In this document: positions 31,630 to 32,000 of the stretch, one piece after another | Layout of the letters: every line of letters starts with the position of its first letter | Position numbering within the stretch: position 1 is the stretch's first letter | From: Zygophlyctis sp. KS116 | Lineage: Eukaryota > Fungi > Chytridiomycota | DNA: 32,000 nt | Reading direction: 5' to 3' | Assembly (NCBI GenBank): GCA_054661495.1 | Contig: BAAFSQ010000086.1 | Location: forward strand, 4,808 to 36,807 | Notes under the pieces: model-generated | What the model saw: the letters and a program-made list of their open reading frames with translations, nothing else | Database searches by the model: none | What the model was told of the DNA's origin: nothing | Translations under genes and position numbers: made by a program

Positions 31630-31857
31630 ATATACAATTTTGATGGGATTATCGTCTGGTAGTCTGTCTACTGTTGGTTGAGATCAAAAAATGTGCTAGT
31701 CTCGTTTTCGATTTAATTGCCCAGGTCCTCGCTAAAGCGACCACTAAATCGATTTCTCAAACTAATTTTTTTGCTTGATCTTCTTTCTGCTTGTTTTGTG
31801 CTTTCATCCAAGCGGAAATTTATTCTTTGGTAAGACGTCATCTTCCTCTTTCAAACA

Positions 31858-32000
31858 ATGCAAAACGAAGATATGACTGGAAATACCGGTTTGCCTCAAG
31901 AGAATTATTTTGAAATTTCAGACGCTCAGGAAATCAATGATATATGCAAAAGAGAAATAAAGATTAATGATTCATCGTATGTTGGAAAAGGATGGGCAAG
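31858..32000 (+). CDS. Start of an unidentified gene (runs off window)
   Basis: ATG at 31858 is open to the window end (MQNEDMTGNTGLPQENYFEISDAQEIND...). Confidence 0.4.
   Translation, partial: MQNEDMTGNTGLPQENYFEISDAQEINDICKREIKINDSSYVGKGWA

Noticed and set aside
637-31662. Many short antisense or alternate-frame ORFs in the track (e.g. 637-879, 4418-4654, 6379-6597, 13187-13384, 20496-20921, 26199-26516, 28923-29108, 31393-31662)
   Set aside because: They overlap well-supported genes or ORFs on the other strand or frame and show no independent protein features.
1-32000. Alternative genetic code (stop-codon reassignment) as the cause of broken ORFs
   Set aside because: In-frame stops fall within removable tiny introns, and conserved genes end at normal TAA/TAG/TGA.

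Overview
AT-rich, gene-dense eukaryotic DNA in the standard code. It is most likely an early-diverging (chytrid-like) fungus; this is inferred from fungal-type Src1/Heh1, Spt3 and Avo2-like genes plus an ABCA transporter and an egghead-like GT2. Most genes are split by tiny GT-AG introns: I delimited 35 by hand, all 24-31 nt, which explains the fragmented ORF track. Housekeeping genes (ACAD8-like, SRC1, SPT3, RPC2, GT2, ABCA, AVO2-like, TIM44, SNF7, La-related) surround two accessory patches (~4.0-5.4 kb and ~9.3-22 kb) rich in secreted-protein genes. The most striking structure is a family of intronless Cys-rich secreted-protein units built from shared non-coding modules: a 5' flank, a 57-bp TATA promoter and two 3' elements. 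It occurs as two full units, one ORF-less 'empty' unit, and one decapitated remnant. The remnant is cut exactly at a perfect 98-bp direct repeat that brackets a CAP/PR-1 gene. Other notable features are a tandem paralog pair sharing a ~1.04-kb near-identical core with diverged ends, a strongly over-represented heptamer TGTCCGA, and a candidate structured ncRNA between TIM44 and SNF7. All calls are by eye; no database searches were run.
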